Assembly: GCA_000002435.2 (NCBI GenBank)
Contig: CM018793.1
Length of the DNA: 64,000 nucleotides
Reading direction: 5' to 3' (one strand)
Source: Giardia intestinalis
Taxonomy: Eukaryota
Shown here: in pieces, positions 18,361-27,678 of the stretch
How positions within the stretch are numbered: the stretch's first letter is position 1
Layout: each line of letters opens with the position of its first letter
The notes under the pieces: model-generated
Databases searched by the model: none
What the model saw: the letters and a program-made list of their open reading frames with translations, nothing else
What the model was told of the DNA's origin: nothing
Translations under genes and position numbers: made by a program

Positions 18361-20508
18361 ATGACCCTGCACGATTGGTTTCGAGCAGCAGAGATTGGAG
18401 ACACAGACTATATCAAAGAGAATGTAACAAAATTTAAAGGAAGAACCACAGATGCTGGCTCAACAGCGCTTATGATAGCTACGCACAATCATCGGCCTCA
18501 GATCGTCGAGATTCTAGCCCCTTTAGAACAGGGAGTCCGTGATTCTGATGGGAAAACTGCCCTGAGTATCGCAGCAGCTTTAGATGACGAAGAATCATGC
18601 GCCATGCTACTTAGATGGGAAAAGAGCCTTGAATTGCCCGGTGGGAAAAATCCATTGATGGTGTGCATTGAGCACGGAGGCACAAACGCTCTTCCATTGT
18701 TACTAGAGGCCTACGGACAGGGGTGTGATGCACTGGGCTGCACTGCTTTAGAGTATGCTGTACTAAGCAAATCTTCAGAGACACTCCGCATAATCTTAGA
18801 GCATATAAAGCCCTCCATGTCGGAAGTGGCGAATACCGTAACAAAAGCCTCTTCTGATTTGGAGACAACTCTGTCCGAGTTGCAAGGTATAATAGCACGT
18901 TTAGCAGAGGAGAATAAGTTGGTCAATCAGCAATTGAAAGAGGCAGAGACAGAACTAGACGCAGCCAACCTTGAAGCCCATAACCTTCGCTGCAAGATTC
19001 GCTCAATGGAGGACTACACTGACGGTATTCACGATGTCCTTCGCCAGGTCACCCATATGGAGTCGATCGATGATATACTAACTTGTCTCATAGACCCTGC
19101 TTTCAACGCAGAGCTCCTCAGCTACCTGGAGAAGAGTAAGCTGACATCTACTACCAATGTATCAACAAGTCCGTTTACCAATATTTTGTCGTGCTCTCCT
19201 GCAGGGCTACGGAATAGCCAACCAGATCCCTCCCTCGTAGAAGAACTAGAAGGCCTGAAAGAGCAACTGGCTCACAAGGACAGAGAAATTTCATCTCTCA
19301 AAGAAAAGATTAGTTCTAACTATTTCGTCAACTGTTCTACCAACGAACATTCAGAACATAATTTATCTATGGTTGAGAACTACATGCAGCAGATATCTGA
19401 TCAAAAGGTTAAGTTAGAGAGGCAAGCAGAGGAGCTTCATGCATTGAGGCGCCTTGTTGGGTCAATGGCTGTGGAGAACATAGCCGGTTGTTCAGCAGAT
19501 GCCCTGCACACGGCAGAACAGCAAGTGTTTTTGAACTCAGCTAAAGAGAAGCGCCTCACTGCTCTCCAGCAGTCGAAGATGGTCTCAAAGGAGGATGAAT
19601 TACCTACCATTCCAGAGCAAGGCACACACATTGATCCTAGCCAATTCACCTACTCCTTTGATAAGGGTTCTATGTCTGATAGAGATATCGCGGATATGTA
19701 TCGGGTAATGAGGGACCTCCTGGGCGCAGACCCTTCCACGCAACCTTTAGAAGACAGTATATCTAATGTTCAGACACTACCTACGCTAAGGCTATTCACG
19801 GAAACGATGGACGACTCGATAGAAACGTATATGCCTGTAAAGCCCGACGACTTCAAGGCTGTATTCGAACAAGTGATGGAGAAATTCGTAAATATACAAA
19901 AGAGGAATGACATCTTAGCAGATTGCCATGATGCCAGTGGATCTAGCACGCCCAGACACAAAGCTATTCACACAGAGCGTTGGGAGTTTGGACACGGCTT
20001 TATAGATTCTATGGCCAATAAAGCCGAAGATGCCGCAGCGTTTGCAACAGAATCATTGGCCACAGCACGACCAGCAAAGAGTCCTAGTCCCCCTCAGCTC
20101 CTGTCATCTTGTGGCGAACGTCGTAATGAAGGTCCAGAAGAAACCTATCAGTGTACTAGCCTAGCCGAATCAGTGGTAAAAGAAGGGGGTAGTACTACAC
20201 TAGACACCGAAGCGATAGATAAAGCGGTCTGCTCTGAGCCAGGGTCGTTCTCGAGAGCTCCAGTTCGGATCATAAACGTCCAGCAGGAAGACGAAGAACT
20301 ACTGAGGTGCATGGTGGTACCCGATATACCATCGGTACCAGAGAAAACATCCAAAGACCGCGCTTTGGATTTGGAAAGAATATACGGTACGTTAAATGGA
20401 CAAGCCCGGACAAGCGCTCAGGCTCGTCAAGTAGAAACAACAATAGTGTCAGCTGTGTTTAGCTCCCGTGGGGTACAGGTTAGGACCAGCAAGGGAAGAA
20501 CTCTTTGA
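18361..20508 (+). CDS. Ankyrin-repeat + coiled-coil protein (21.1 type) of ~715 aa.
   Basis: The ORF opens at ATG 18328, immediately abutting the upstream TAA ('ggg TAA ATG caa'). The family N-terminal motif begins at the in-frame ATG 18361 ('MTLHDWFRAAEIGDTDYI'), so I chose that. Ankyrin repeats (GSTALMIATHNHRPQIVEIL; GKTALSIAAALDDE), a coiled coil and an acidic C-terminus follow. AGTGAAC lies 22 nt after the stop. Confidence 0.7.
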   Translation: MTLHDWFRAAEIGDTDYIKENVTKFKGRTTDAGSTALMIATHNHRPQIVEILAPLEQGVRDSDGKTALSIAAALDDEESCAMLLRWEKSLELPGGKNPLMVCIEHGGTNALPLLLEAYGQGCDALGCTALEYAVLSKSSETLRIILEHIKPSMSEVANTVTKASSDLETTLSELQGIIARLAEENKLVNQQLKEAETELDAANLEAHNLRCKIRSMEDYTDGIHDVLRQVTHMESIDDILTCLIDPAFNAELLSYLEKSKLTSTTNVSTSPFTNILSCSPAGLRNSQPDPSLVEELEGLKEQLAHKDREISSLKEKISSNYFVNCSTNEHSEHNLSMVENYMQQISDQKVKLERQAEELHALRRLVGSMAVENIAGCSADALHTAEQQVFLNSAKEKRLTALQQSKMVSKEDELPTIPEQGTHIDPSQFTYSFDKGSMSDRDIADMYRVMRDLLGADPSTQPLEDSISNVQTLPTLRLFTETMDDSIETYMPVKPDDFKAVFEQVMEKFVNIQKRNDILADCHDASGSSTPRHKAIHTERWEFGHGFIDSMANKAEDAAAFATESLATARPAKSPSPPQLLSSCGERRNEGPEETYQCTSLAESVVKEGGSTTLDTEAIDKAVCSEPGSFSRAPVRIINVQQEDEELLRCMVVPDIPSVPEKTSKDRALDLERIYGTLNGQARTSAQARQVETTIVSAVFSSRGVQVRTSKGRTL

Positions 20509-20529
20509 TTGCAAAGGTGTAGATGAAGG

Positions 20530-20536
20530 AGTGAAC
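20530..20536 (+). terminator. Putative polyadenylation signal AGTGAAC (AGTRAAY), 22 nt after the TGA of CDS 18361..20508.
   Basis: Seen directly at 20530-20536. Confidence 0.45.
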
Positions 20537-20674
20537 GGCAATAGAAATTCATGCATGGACTAAGGTTGCGGCGGCTTGGTGCAAGCTATTCCAGGGTTCG
20601 GGCGGTTAAGCACACATGGTCAAAAAAACAGGGCATTTTTGGCGCCGGCGCCTTTAAAGGGAATTCAAAAAAGG

Positions 20675-23452
20675 ATGAACTCGATCGGTGACAAGAAGTC
20701 GTGGTTTGACTGCATCACAAAGCGTCAGTACACAACGATCCGCACAGGGCTGCGCCTCTATGGAGGAGCAAGCAACGCAGTTGGAGAAACAGGTCTGATG
20801 AATGCCGCGCGCACAAACGACTGTGAACTTGCGAAGATCCTCTGCATCCAGGAAGCCGGGATCAAGAATAAAGACGGTCATACCGCGCTGATACTTGCAG
20901 CGTGCTATGATCACCACGAGATCTGCGATGTCATCGCTCCCTTCGAGAAGAAGTATGCGACTAATGAGGGAAAAAATGCCCTTATGTTTGCTGCGGAGTA
21001 CGGTTGCACCGAGTCTGTAAAGGTTCTCTGCGGGTATTTCGACCTGAAGGAGCGTGACAATGACGGGCTGAGCGCCCTCGACTACGCTATGAACAACACT
21101 CACCCGGCATGTGTGGAAGCCATCATGGAAGCCGGGAAGCTTACCGAAGAGGCTGCAAACAAGCAAATCGCCCAGTCCATTCGTAACTCGTTCTCTTCTC
21201 TCGAAGAGTTCTACAGGTTAGCGACTGAATACGCCGAGCTTCCTGATACTCGGTGCAAGTGCTGTGACCTCCCGTACAATCTTTGCTCAAATAAGGACAA
21301 CGTTGTCAACATAGTGCGCAAGTACCCTCCCTTTTTTGCTCAGAACCCTACGTCTGCGTCCGCCACTGTCACGACCAAGGTTGGTCAGGCACATGGGATT
21401 TCGCCCCTTGACCCCAACCAAGAGGAGCTACTGAATCAGCTCGGTCCTGTCCTGAAGGAGGCCCAGCTCAGAGCCTGGTATAGCGATATTTGCGAAGAAA
21501 TTTCGCGCTTACGTGAGGATCACGCGAAGATCACCATTGAGAACCGTGAACTGACCGATAACCTTGGCACGGAGACGGCGACCCACGACGCCCTGAAGCT
21601 GAAGTTCGATAAGCTTAAGCTTGACAACGACGAGACAACCCTCAAGTACGAGGATCTTATTTCTCGTCATAACGCTCTGATGCACGAGTGCAAGACGCTA
21701 CAAGAGGATGCCGAGAAGGCAAGGGAGCAGAGAGTTGCTGTGGAGGTCTTGCACCAGAAGATCTCGAACATGCTTTCCAGTACGGATGACGATATCAGTA
21801 AGACAATAGAGAATATGCTAAAGACTCATAACACAGAAATGCAGAAGCGCACAGAGGAGCTTGAGCTTATGAAGCATTCGGTAGATATCATGGCTGCAGA
21901 GCACGCAGTTGTCAAGAAGGAGATGGACAAGCTTACGGAGAGCAAGGTTCAGGCCGAGGCACAGGTCTCCATCATCCAGAATAAACTCCTGGCCAAGGAG
22001 GAAGAGAATCGCCACATGACTAACAGACTCGAGGCGACCACTGCCATGATCAACGAGCTCGAGGCAAAGAACAACGAGCTCGAGATAGAGACGTCCAAGC
22101 TTATGGACGAGGTGACGAAGTCCAGGCTGATGACGCAGCAGCTTATCGGGAAGATGAACGAGAAGGAGAAGCTCTTGGAGGACACACGCGATGAACTGGC
22201 ACACACGCTGGGTGAGCGCGAGGCGCTCTATCATCGCATCAACCTTATCACAGATGATAAGGAAGCTGCAGAGGCGCGGATCCAGCGCAAGGATGAGAGC
22301 ATAAGCCTTCTCCACGACGACAAGCGCAACCTGGAAGGTCAGGTGCTTTTCCTTACCGAGGAGCTAACAAAGTCGCAAATAGCAGCGAAGAACATGTCAT
22401 CCAAGATGCGCCTGGAGAATCCACTGGGTGGAAGTGGCGGGAACGGGCCTAAGCAACTCTACCCTGTCGACATCAACAAGGACGCCGGGTCTCCAAACAG
22501 CAATAGCAACGCCGTCGATGCGTTCATCAATAACATGAATAACATATCAACGGGGCCAAACAGCATGGCAGGGAGCCCTCAGCGCAAAGAGTCACAAATC
22601 AACGCCATCATCAGGAACATGATGCACCCCACGAATCAAGATCTCCACCAAGCAATACTCGATTCAGATAAGCCGGAGATAGCCAGCAACATCACGAACG
22701 CTATGATGTCCGCTAACGCACTTGCAAATTTTGACGTGACCGAGCGCACTGACTCGGTCAACAACAGTGCAGCACGATCGAGCAGTAACTCATCACGTTT
22801 CCTTAATTTACAGTTGATGTCCGGGTCTATGAGAATCAAGACCAGCCTCCACAACCGCGACAACAACATTGCCGTCACCGGTCAAGACAAGCGCAACAAC
22901 AGATTGACTGAGCTTATGGAGGCGGCCAGGGACAACGACTTTGTAAAGGCGTACCACCGCATTGACGTCCAGGGAGGCCTGCAGGATGACCATGGATATA
23001 CTGCTCTTATGTATGCTGCCAGTGAAGGAAACCTTGAGATGTGCCGCCTTCTTGTCGAGAAGGAGGCTGGAATGTGCAGCCACGATGGAACGACGGCTTT
23101 AATGAGGGCTGTGTCTGGAGGGCATGCAGATGTTACCGCCTTTCTCCTTGACAAGGAGGCTGGCATGCAGAGAAACGACGGGTGGACTGCGCTTATGGCT
23201 GCTGCATGCGATAATAGACCAGACATTGTCACGATTCTTGCGCACAACGAGTCTGCAATCGTTACTAACGAAAACTTTCCGGCAGGAGGAGGCGTGTCTG
23301 CGCTGATGCTTGCTGCGACAGGAGGGCACCAGGAGTGTGTCCAGCTTCTTCTCCCATATGAGGCTGCTCTGCAGCACTCGAGCGGACGCACCGCTGCAGA
23401 CTATGCTAACAGTGAAGATCTACGCGACATCATTTTGGAGTATACCGTTTGA
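20675..23452 (+). CDS. Ankyrin-repeat + coiled-coil protein (21.1 type) of ~925 aa. It has N-terminal ankyrin repeats, a ~450-aa coiled coil, an Asn/Ser-rich low-complexity stretch and C-terminal ankyrin repeats.
   Basis: ORF track 20576 starts at TTG. I re-anchored on ATG 20675 (MNSIGDKKSWFDCITKRQ), preceded by 'gaattcaaaaaaggATG'. Ankyrin motifs include 'GHTALILAACYDHHEI', 'GKNALMFAAEYGCTESV', 'GYTALMYAASEGNLEMCRLLV' and 'GWTALMAAACDNRPDIV'. AGTAAAT lies 14 nt after the stop. Confidence 0.8.
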   Translation: MNSIGDKKSWFDCITKRQYTTIRTGLRLYGGASNAVGETGLMNAARTNDCELAKILCIQEAGIKNKDGHTALILAACYDHHEICDVIAPFEKKYATNEGKNALMFAAEYGCTESVKVLCGYFDLKERDNDGLSALDYAMNNTHPACVEAIMEAGKLTEEAANKQIAQSIRNSFSSLEEFYRLATEYAELPDTRCKCCDLPYNLCSNKDNVVNIVRKYPPFFAQNPTSASATVTTKVGQAHGISPLDPNQEELLNQLGPVLKEAQLRAWYSDICEEISRLREDHAKITIENRELTDNLGTETATHDALKLKFDKLKLDNDETTLKYEDLISRHNALMHECKTLQEDAEKAREQRVAVEVLHQKISNMLSSTDDDISKTIENMLKTHNTEMQKRTEELELMKHSVDIMAAEHAVVKKEMDKLTESKVQAEAQVSIIQNKLLAKEEENRHMTNRLEATTAMINELEAKNNELEIETSKLMDEVTKSRLMTQQLIGKMNEKEKLLEDTRDELAHTLGEREALYHRINLITDDKEAAEARIQRKDESISLLHDDKRNLEGQVLFLTEELTKSQIAAKNMSSKMRLENPLGGSGGNGPKQLYPVDINKDAGSPNSNSNAVDAFINNMNNISTGPNSMAGSPQRKESQINAIIRNMMHPTNQDLHQAILDSDKPEIASNITNAMMSANALANFDVTERTDSVNNSAARSSSNSSRFLNLQLMSGSMRIKTSLHNRDNNIAVTGQDKRNNRLTELMEAARDNDFVKAYHRIDVQGGLQDDHGYTALMYAASEGNLEMCRLLVEKEAGMCSHDGTTALMRAVSGGHADVTAFLLDKEAGMQRNDGWTALMAAACDNRPDIVTILAHNESAIVTNENFPAGGGVSALMLAATGGHQECVQLLLPYEAALQHSSGRTAADYANSEDLRDIILEYTV

Positions 23453-23465
23453 TGTCTTCGTGCGC

Positions 23466-23472
23466 AGTAAAT
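23466..23472 (+). terminator. Putative polyadenylation signal AGTAAAT, 14 nt after the TGA at 23450-23452.
   Basis: Seen directly. Confidence 0.5.
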
Positions 23473-23496
23473 GTGGATGTCATTTTGGCTTTGTGT

Positions 23497-25842
23497 TCAT
23501 GTCGAGTTCCCGCTGGGACGGGAAGTTGCAGCGGAGAAGTCATAGGTGAACTCCAGCTCTGTCTGAGTCGTAAGAGCACTCTGGCCAGTAAGCTGTTTGG
23601 CAGCAGAAATTAAAGCAGCAAGACTAGTGAAGTCCACTTCCTCATCAGCATCTTCTATAGTATCCTTTTCCTCTGGTTGTCCAGACGAATGAGTTTGAAC
23701 AGGAAACGAAAGAGGTGGAGGGTGTGAACCTGGTAGTTGGGGCTGTAAGTCACTGGGAGAACGGAGAAGGTGACAAAGGGTAGTCTCAGCCAAAGCCTCT
23801 AAAGAACTAGAATCAATAAATTCGTCAAATGAACGAATGACAGGTTCAAACTTTTCATAGAAGGATGGAAATGATTCCAGGATAGACCTGTCGATCACCT
23901 CCTCCCACTGCATTGCAACCTGCGCCCTCATAAGTCTATAAATCTCTGCTTGCCGCGCGTCAGCGACCCGTTCTTTTCGAAGATCTAGTATCGCATGCCT
24001 CCATGCAAAGATAACTGTGCGCCCAATGACTTTCTGCCGAAGCCTCTTGCCTTGCACTTGTGCTTCAAGGTCAGCCTGATGCAAGCGCCATCGCATGGAC
24101 GCAAGGGACCTGCGAAACAGGCTTAGTGTAAAGAAGTGATCTGCTTGTAGGAAGCGTTGCCTCGATTGTTGCAGAAGAGGAATAAACCCTTCTAAAAATA
24201 CAACTTGCTTTGTAAATCTGTCCATAATGCGACCTATAGCATCATCCACCTTACTCAGGACTTCTATCCTTTTGCCTAGTTTCTCTCTGGCTTGCTGGAT
24301 CCAGATAGAAAAAACATAAGACAGCATTCTTTGTAAGGATGTGGTGTGCCACAAAGCAAGCTTAGTATGGAGTGCAACCAGGGACCGATATCCTATCCGC
24401 AAAAGAAGACCTGCGTGGCAAGACGTGGCTATTTCTAATTGCTCTTTTCGTACTTGTGCCTTTCGACGTGCTAGTTCCTCCTGCAAGACCCTCTTGGAGT
24501 GCTCAGCTTGCTCTTTTGCAAGCCTGTCTTCTTCGAGGCGCCGAAGACGTTCCTGTTTGCGGTCTGCAGCTCGTTTGCTATAATCTATATAAACTTGTGG
24601 TGCTTTACGAAGTAGCTTGCGCGTAGTAAACTGTTCAACTGCTTGATTCACGGGCGCAGCCACCTGGTTGCTTTCTGAAAAGGGCCTCAAGCTATCGGCA
24701 GACGATACTTGAGGCTCCTCTGTTGTTTCAAATCGGACCTTTTTCGAGGATGTGGTTAGATGTCCGAGAGTATCGTTGTGACTCTGATTCTGTTGGGTCT
24801 CTGGATTGGTAGATACAGATTCCTGCTTTTGTTCAAGCCCTTCTGTACACGATACTACTGGCGATGGTGATCGAGGAGATGCATCGTTAGTTTCGTTTTG
24901 AGATAAGCATAAAGATTTGCTGACTTCTATTCGCTGAATAAAGGATTGGATGCGTCTTTCTCTGCATGCCCGTTGTTCTTCTTGTCTCCGCCGCGTTTGT
25001 AGCCTTTGAGCCTCAACACGCATAGCTAGCAGTGTTTTTTTCATGAGCACAACAACATAGTTCGTCTCAGCCATTCGTATTTGAGATTTTATAGTCTCCA
25101 TCCGCAACCGTTGGCGTTCCTTTTCATATGTTTCTTTACGATGAAGGAAAGTTGACAGCCATGTATGGAACGTCAACCGCAACAAACATAATAGGTAATT
25201 CTTCTTAATAATGGCTTCATTACGGTTCAGTGCCTTTATATGTGCTTTCCAGCTAACAAGGATCTGTGTGGCTAGAACCACCTGCCTGCGACGGATCATC
25301 ATTGCAACGCACTTCTCAAGGGCCTCCATCCGATATCGCTCCTTTTGTTCCGCGATAACCTTGGCAGTCTTCTCACGCTCCTTTTCTACCAGGAGCCTGG
25401 CTTCTTCCTGAATACGTATCCGCTGCCTTTCAGCCAGCTCTTTCGCTCTCTGTGCAATCACTTCCTCTCGTATCTCCTCTTCAAGCCTGCGTGTCTTTGC
25501 TTGGGCTTCTGCATAAAGCTTAGATCGTTCTGCTCCGACAGCGCGCACATCTGGGAGGTCAGACTGGGAAATAATCCCCTTTAACCGCTCTCGGGGCGGA
25601 GTGCGAGGTTCTGATTTCCGTTGCCGGGGGCGATCCTTTGCCTTTTCGACCTTGGAAAAGATATCATCTATCTGTAAGTCCTGTGCGATTTGCTTTGCTT
25701 TGAGGCGAATTTCTGCATTGTCTTCCGAGAGGACTCTGTGAGGATCGGTTCCTGAAAGCTCATTAATGAAATTGAGGGCTGTGTCGATGGTTACACGTGT
25801 GTTTTTCGTTAGATCTGCGAGCACCTTATAAGCATTGTCCAT
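23497..25842 (-). CDS. Coiled-coil protein with IQ-like motifs, ~781 aa and Arg/Glu/Gln-rich.
   Basis: ORF track 23497..25899 starts at GTG. I re-anchored on ATG MDNAYKVLADL (plus 'cat' 25840-25842). It has long E/R/Q heptad regions ('RRLEEEIREEVIAQRAKELAERQRIRIQEEARL') and IQ-like 'IQRIEVSKS' / 'RRQVVLATQILVSWKAHIK' motifs. Confidence 0.6.
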   Translation of the reverse strand: MDNAYKVLADLTKNTRVTIDTALNFINELSGTDPHRVLSEDNAEIRLKAKQIAQDLQIDDIFSKVEKAKDRPRQRKSEPRTPPRERLKGIISQSDLPDVRAVGAERSKLYAEAQAKTRRLEEEIREEVIAQRAKELAERQRIRIQEEARLLVEKEREKTAKVIAEQKERYRMEALEKCVAMMIRRRQVVLATQILVSWKAHIKALNRNEAIIKKNYLLCLLRLTFHTWLSTFLHRKETYEKERQRLRMETIKSQIRMAETNYVVVLMKKTLLAMRVEAQRLQTRRRQEEQRACRERRIQSFIQRIEVSKSLCLSQNETNDASPRSPSPVVSCTEGLEQKQESVSTNPETQQNQSHNDTLGHLTTSSKKVRFETTEEPQVSSADSLRPFSESNQVAAPVNQAVEQFTTRKLLRKAPQVYIDYSKRAADRKQERLRRLEEDRLAKEQAEHSKRVLQEELARRKAQVRKEQLEIATSCHAGLLLRIGYRSLVALHTKLALWHTTSLQRMLSYVFSIWIQQAREKLGKRIEVLSKVDDAIGRIMDRFTKQVVFLEGFIPLLQQSRQRFLQADHFFTLSLFRRSLASMRWRLHQADLEAQVQGKRLRQKVIGRTVIFAWRHAILDLRKERVADARQAEIYRLMRAQVAMQWEEVIDRSILESFPSFYEKFEPVIRSFDEFIDSSSLEALAETTLCHLLRSPSDLQPQLPGSHPPPLSFPVQTHSSGQPEEKDTIEDADEEVDFTSLAALISAAKQLTGQSALTTQTELEFTYDFSAATSRPSGNST

Positions 25843-26036
25843 GTAAACTACTCGCTGATCGTAACAAATTTTTGGGGGATGGTTTGTCTCGTGTGACACT
25901 GATACAATCGACCAATCTGGTGTTTAATGTTGCTGGTAAGAGAATTGGTGAACTAGTAAAAGAATAAGTAACATAACAAGCTCTTAACTGAGACAGTCTT
26001 TGGGCTAGAGAGAATAAACAGGCCATTTCAAAAACC

Positions 26037-26594
26037 ATGCTTATCTGGGCACTGCTGACCCTTAGCCTGTCGCTTATGGTGAAAATAGGCCCTGGCGAAA
26101 CCCGCTGTTTTAGAGATCAGGTGAAGAAAGACGATCGCCTCTCCATCAACGTGCATGTCTCTGGGGGAAACCGTCTCTCCTTTACTCTCCGGGCCCCGAA
26201 CCAAGGGATCCTTAAGCAAGATGCGTTAGTAAAAAGTTGGAGTTATGCGCTTTCGAAGACAGAGGCAGGCCACTACGAATTCTGCGCCTCTTCTCCTAGC
26301 AATAACAAGCCTGCAAACATGACTCTCTTCTGGCTATCGCAGCCCAATGAGCCGACAGACACACCCTCTGGCATACCAGGGATCCTCAATCAGACGTCAG
26401 GGGTGGTAAAGCACCTGGTTGCAAACCAACGATTTACACAAACAGCCGAAAATTCTCACAAGCAGCTGATCAGTTCTCTCTCCGGCAGCCTCTCGTTTTG
26501 GATGGCGGCTAAGATTGTTGTCGTTGCCACGTGCATCGCGTACCAGATGGTCGTAACCAAAAAACACTTTTCCAAACGCAGGACCGCGGTTTAA
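26037..26594 (+). CDS. p24/emp24/gp25L (GOLD-domain) cargo receptor family protein, 185 aa.
   Basis: It has a signal peptide and GOLD hallmarks ('ETRCFRDQV', compare 'EECFFERV'; 'GHYEFCASS', compare 'GTYKFCFSN'). A coiled coil, a single C-terminal TM and a short basic tail follow ('...YQMVVTKKHFSKRRTAV', compare p24 'YLKRFFEVRRVV'). AGTAAAT lies 4 nt after the stop. Confidence 0.7.
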   Translation: MLIWALLTLSLSLMVKIGPGETRCFRDQVKKDDRLSINVHVSGGNRLSFTLRAPNQGILKQDALVKSWSYALSKTEAGHYEFCASSPSNNKPANMTLFWLSQPNEPTDTPSGIPGILNQTSGVVKHLVANQRFTQTAENSHKQLISSLSGSLSFWMAAKIVVVATCIAYQMVVTKKHFSKRRTAV

Positions 26595-26597
26595 ATA

Positions 26598-26604
26598 AGT
26601 AAAT
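26598..26604 (+). terminator. Putative polyadenylation signal AGTAAAT, 4 nt after the TAA of the p24 gene.
   Basis: Seen directly at 26598-26604. Confidence 0.5.
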
Positions 26605-26621
26605 CCGTGAATAGAGTGCCA

Positions 26622-27644
26622 ATGACTCAGGATTTGCTCCATGCAATACTTCAGGACAATGCGGTAGGAAGTAAAGACACGGAACTGGAAAATCTTAGGC
26701 ACCGCTGTGAAGCCCTGGAGGCAGCTGTGCTATCTCTCGCGCTTGGAATCTATGACGTGCAGGACTACATATCCTTATATGCCAAGTACCCTAAGCTGCG
26801 GCGAAAGCTAAGGAAGTGTGGACATAACATGCACGTCCCCTTGACAAAATACCATGTCGCCCAGTTCAAAAAGGGAGGCCCACCAATTCAAATAGATACG
26901 CAGTACCTAGTAGAGAGTGCTATCTCGCTGGAAAAGTCACACGTGCTAGATCTCTTCAAGCAGGGATACCATACTGTTGCGGGGTCAATCCACACAGAGT
27001 ATGAGGCGATTGTCCGCCGAAGCTTGTACTACAAGTTCCTCGAGCAAGCGACCAAGATTCTGCTGATGTTTCTTGGCATAATAATCTCTGCTTTTGGCCT
27101 TCTCGTTCATATAGTACGTAGACCAAAGAAAGCCATCAAATTCATCCTAAGGATTGACATATCCTTCACGGAGAAAGTTCACCGCATTGTCCACACATGG
27201 TTCCCGATGTTGGTAAACCCGGAGCGCTATTTGAGAGATGTACATAACGACCCCAACCATAGAGTGCTTGTTGAAATATCAAACACATTGGAGAGCAACT
27301 GGTGGAACGCTGATATGGGGTCTTACAGCGAAGGTGAACACTTTGACGACACTATAAGCGACATGATAAGCGAGGAAAGTGGGGCTCCGCAACCGTCAGC
27401 TGATGCCCCCGAGTCCCAGTCCATATGTGGAGCAAGTCCGATTGAGGGGACACTTCACTCTATCGTATCTCCAAGGATCGAACCCTTAGTTATTGACGTT
27501 CTCACTGACGTGCGTCCATCCCGGAATGACATTCCAGGTGAGCCACCTAGCAGCCTCACTACCCAGGAAGGAAGAAGCACATATGGACAGTGGGCAGTAA
27601 TTATAGTTGCAGTAATTTTGGCCATTGTGTATATCATGCTGTGA
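26622..27644 (+). CDS. Hypothetical protein of ~340 aa with a mid-protein hydrophobic segment and a C-terminal tail anchor.
   Basis: The ORF track start is GTG, so I re-anchored on ATG 26622 (MTQDLLHAILQ). It has an N-terminal coiled coil, a TM 'ILLMFLGIIISAFGLLVHIV' and a terminal 'WAVIIVAVILAIVYIML*'. Confidence 0.5.
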   Translation: MTQDLLHAILQDNAVGSKDTELENLRHRCEALEAAVLSLALGIYDVQDYISLYAKYPKLRRKLRKCGHNMHVPLTKYHVAQFKKGGPPIQIDTQYLVESAISLEKSHVLDLFKQGYHTVAGSIHTEYEAIVRRSLYYKFLEQATKILLMFLGIIISAFGLLVHIVRRPKKAIKFILRIDISFTEKVHRIVHTWFPMLVNPERYLRDVHNDPNHRVLVEISNTLESNWWNADMGSYSEGEHFDDTISDMISEESGAPQPSADAPESQSICGASPIEGTLHSIVSPRIEPLVIDVLTDVRPSRNDIPGEPPSSLTTQEGRSTYGQWAVIIVAVILAIVYIML

Positions 27645-27678
27645 GGGGCGTAACGTCTGTGCGTACGATACAGCCAAC

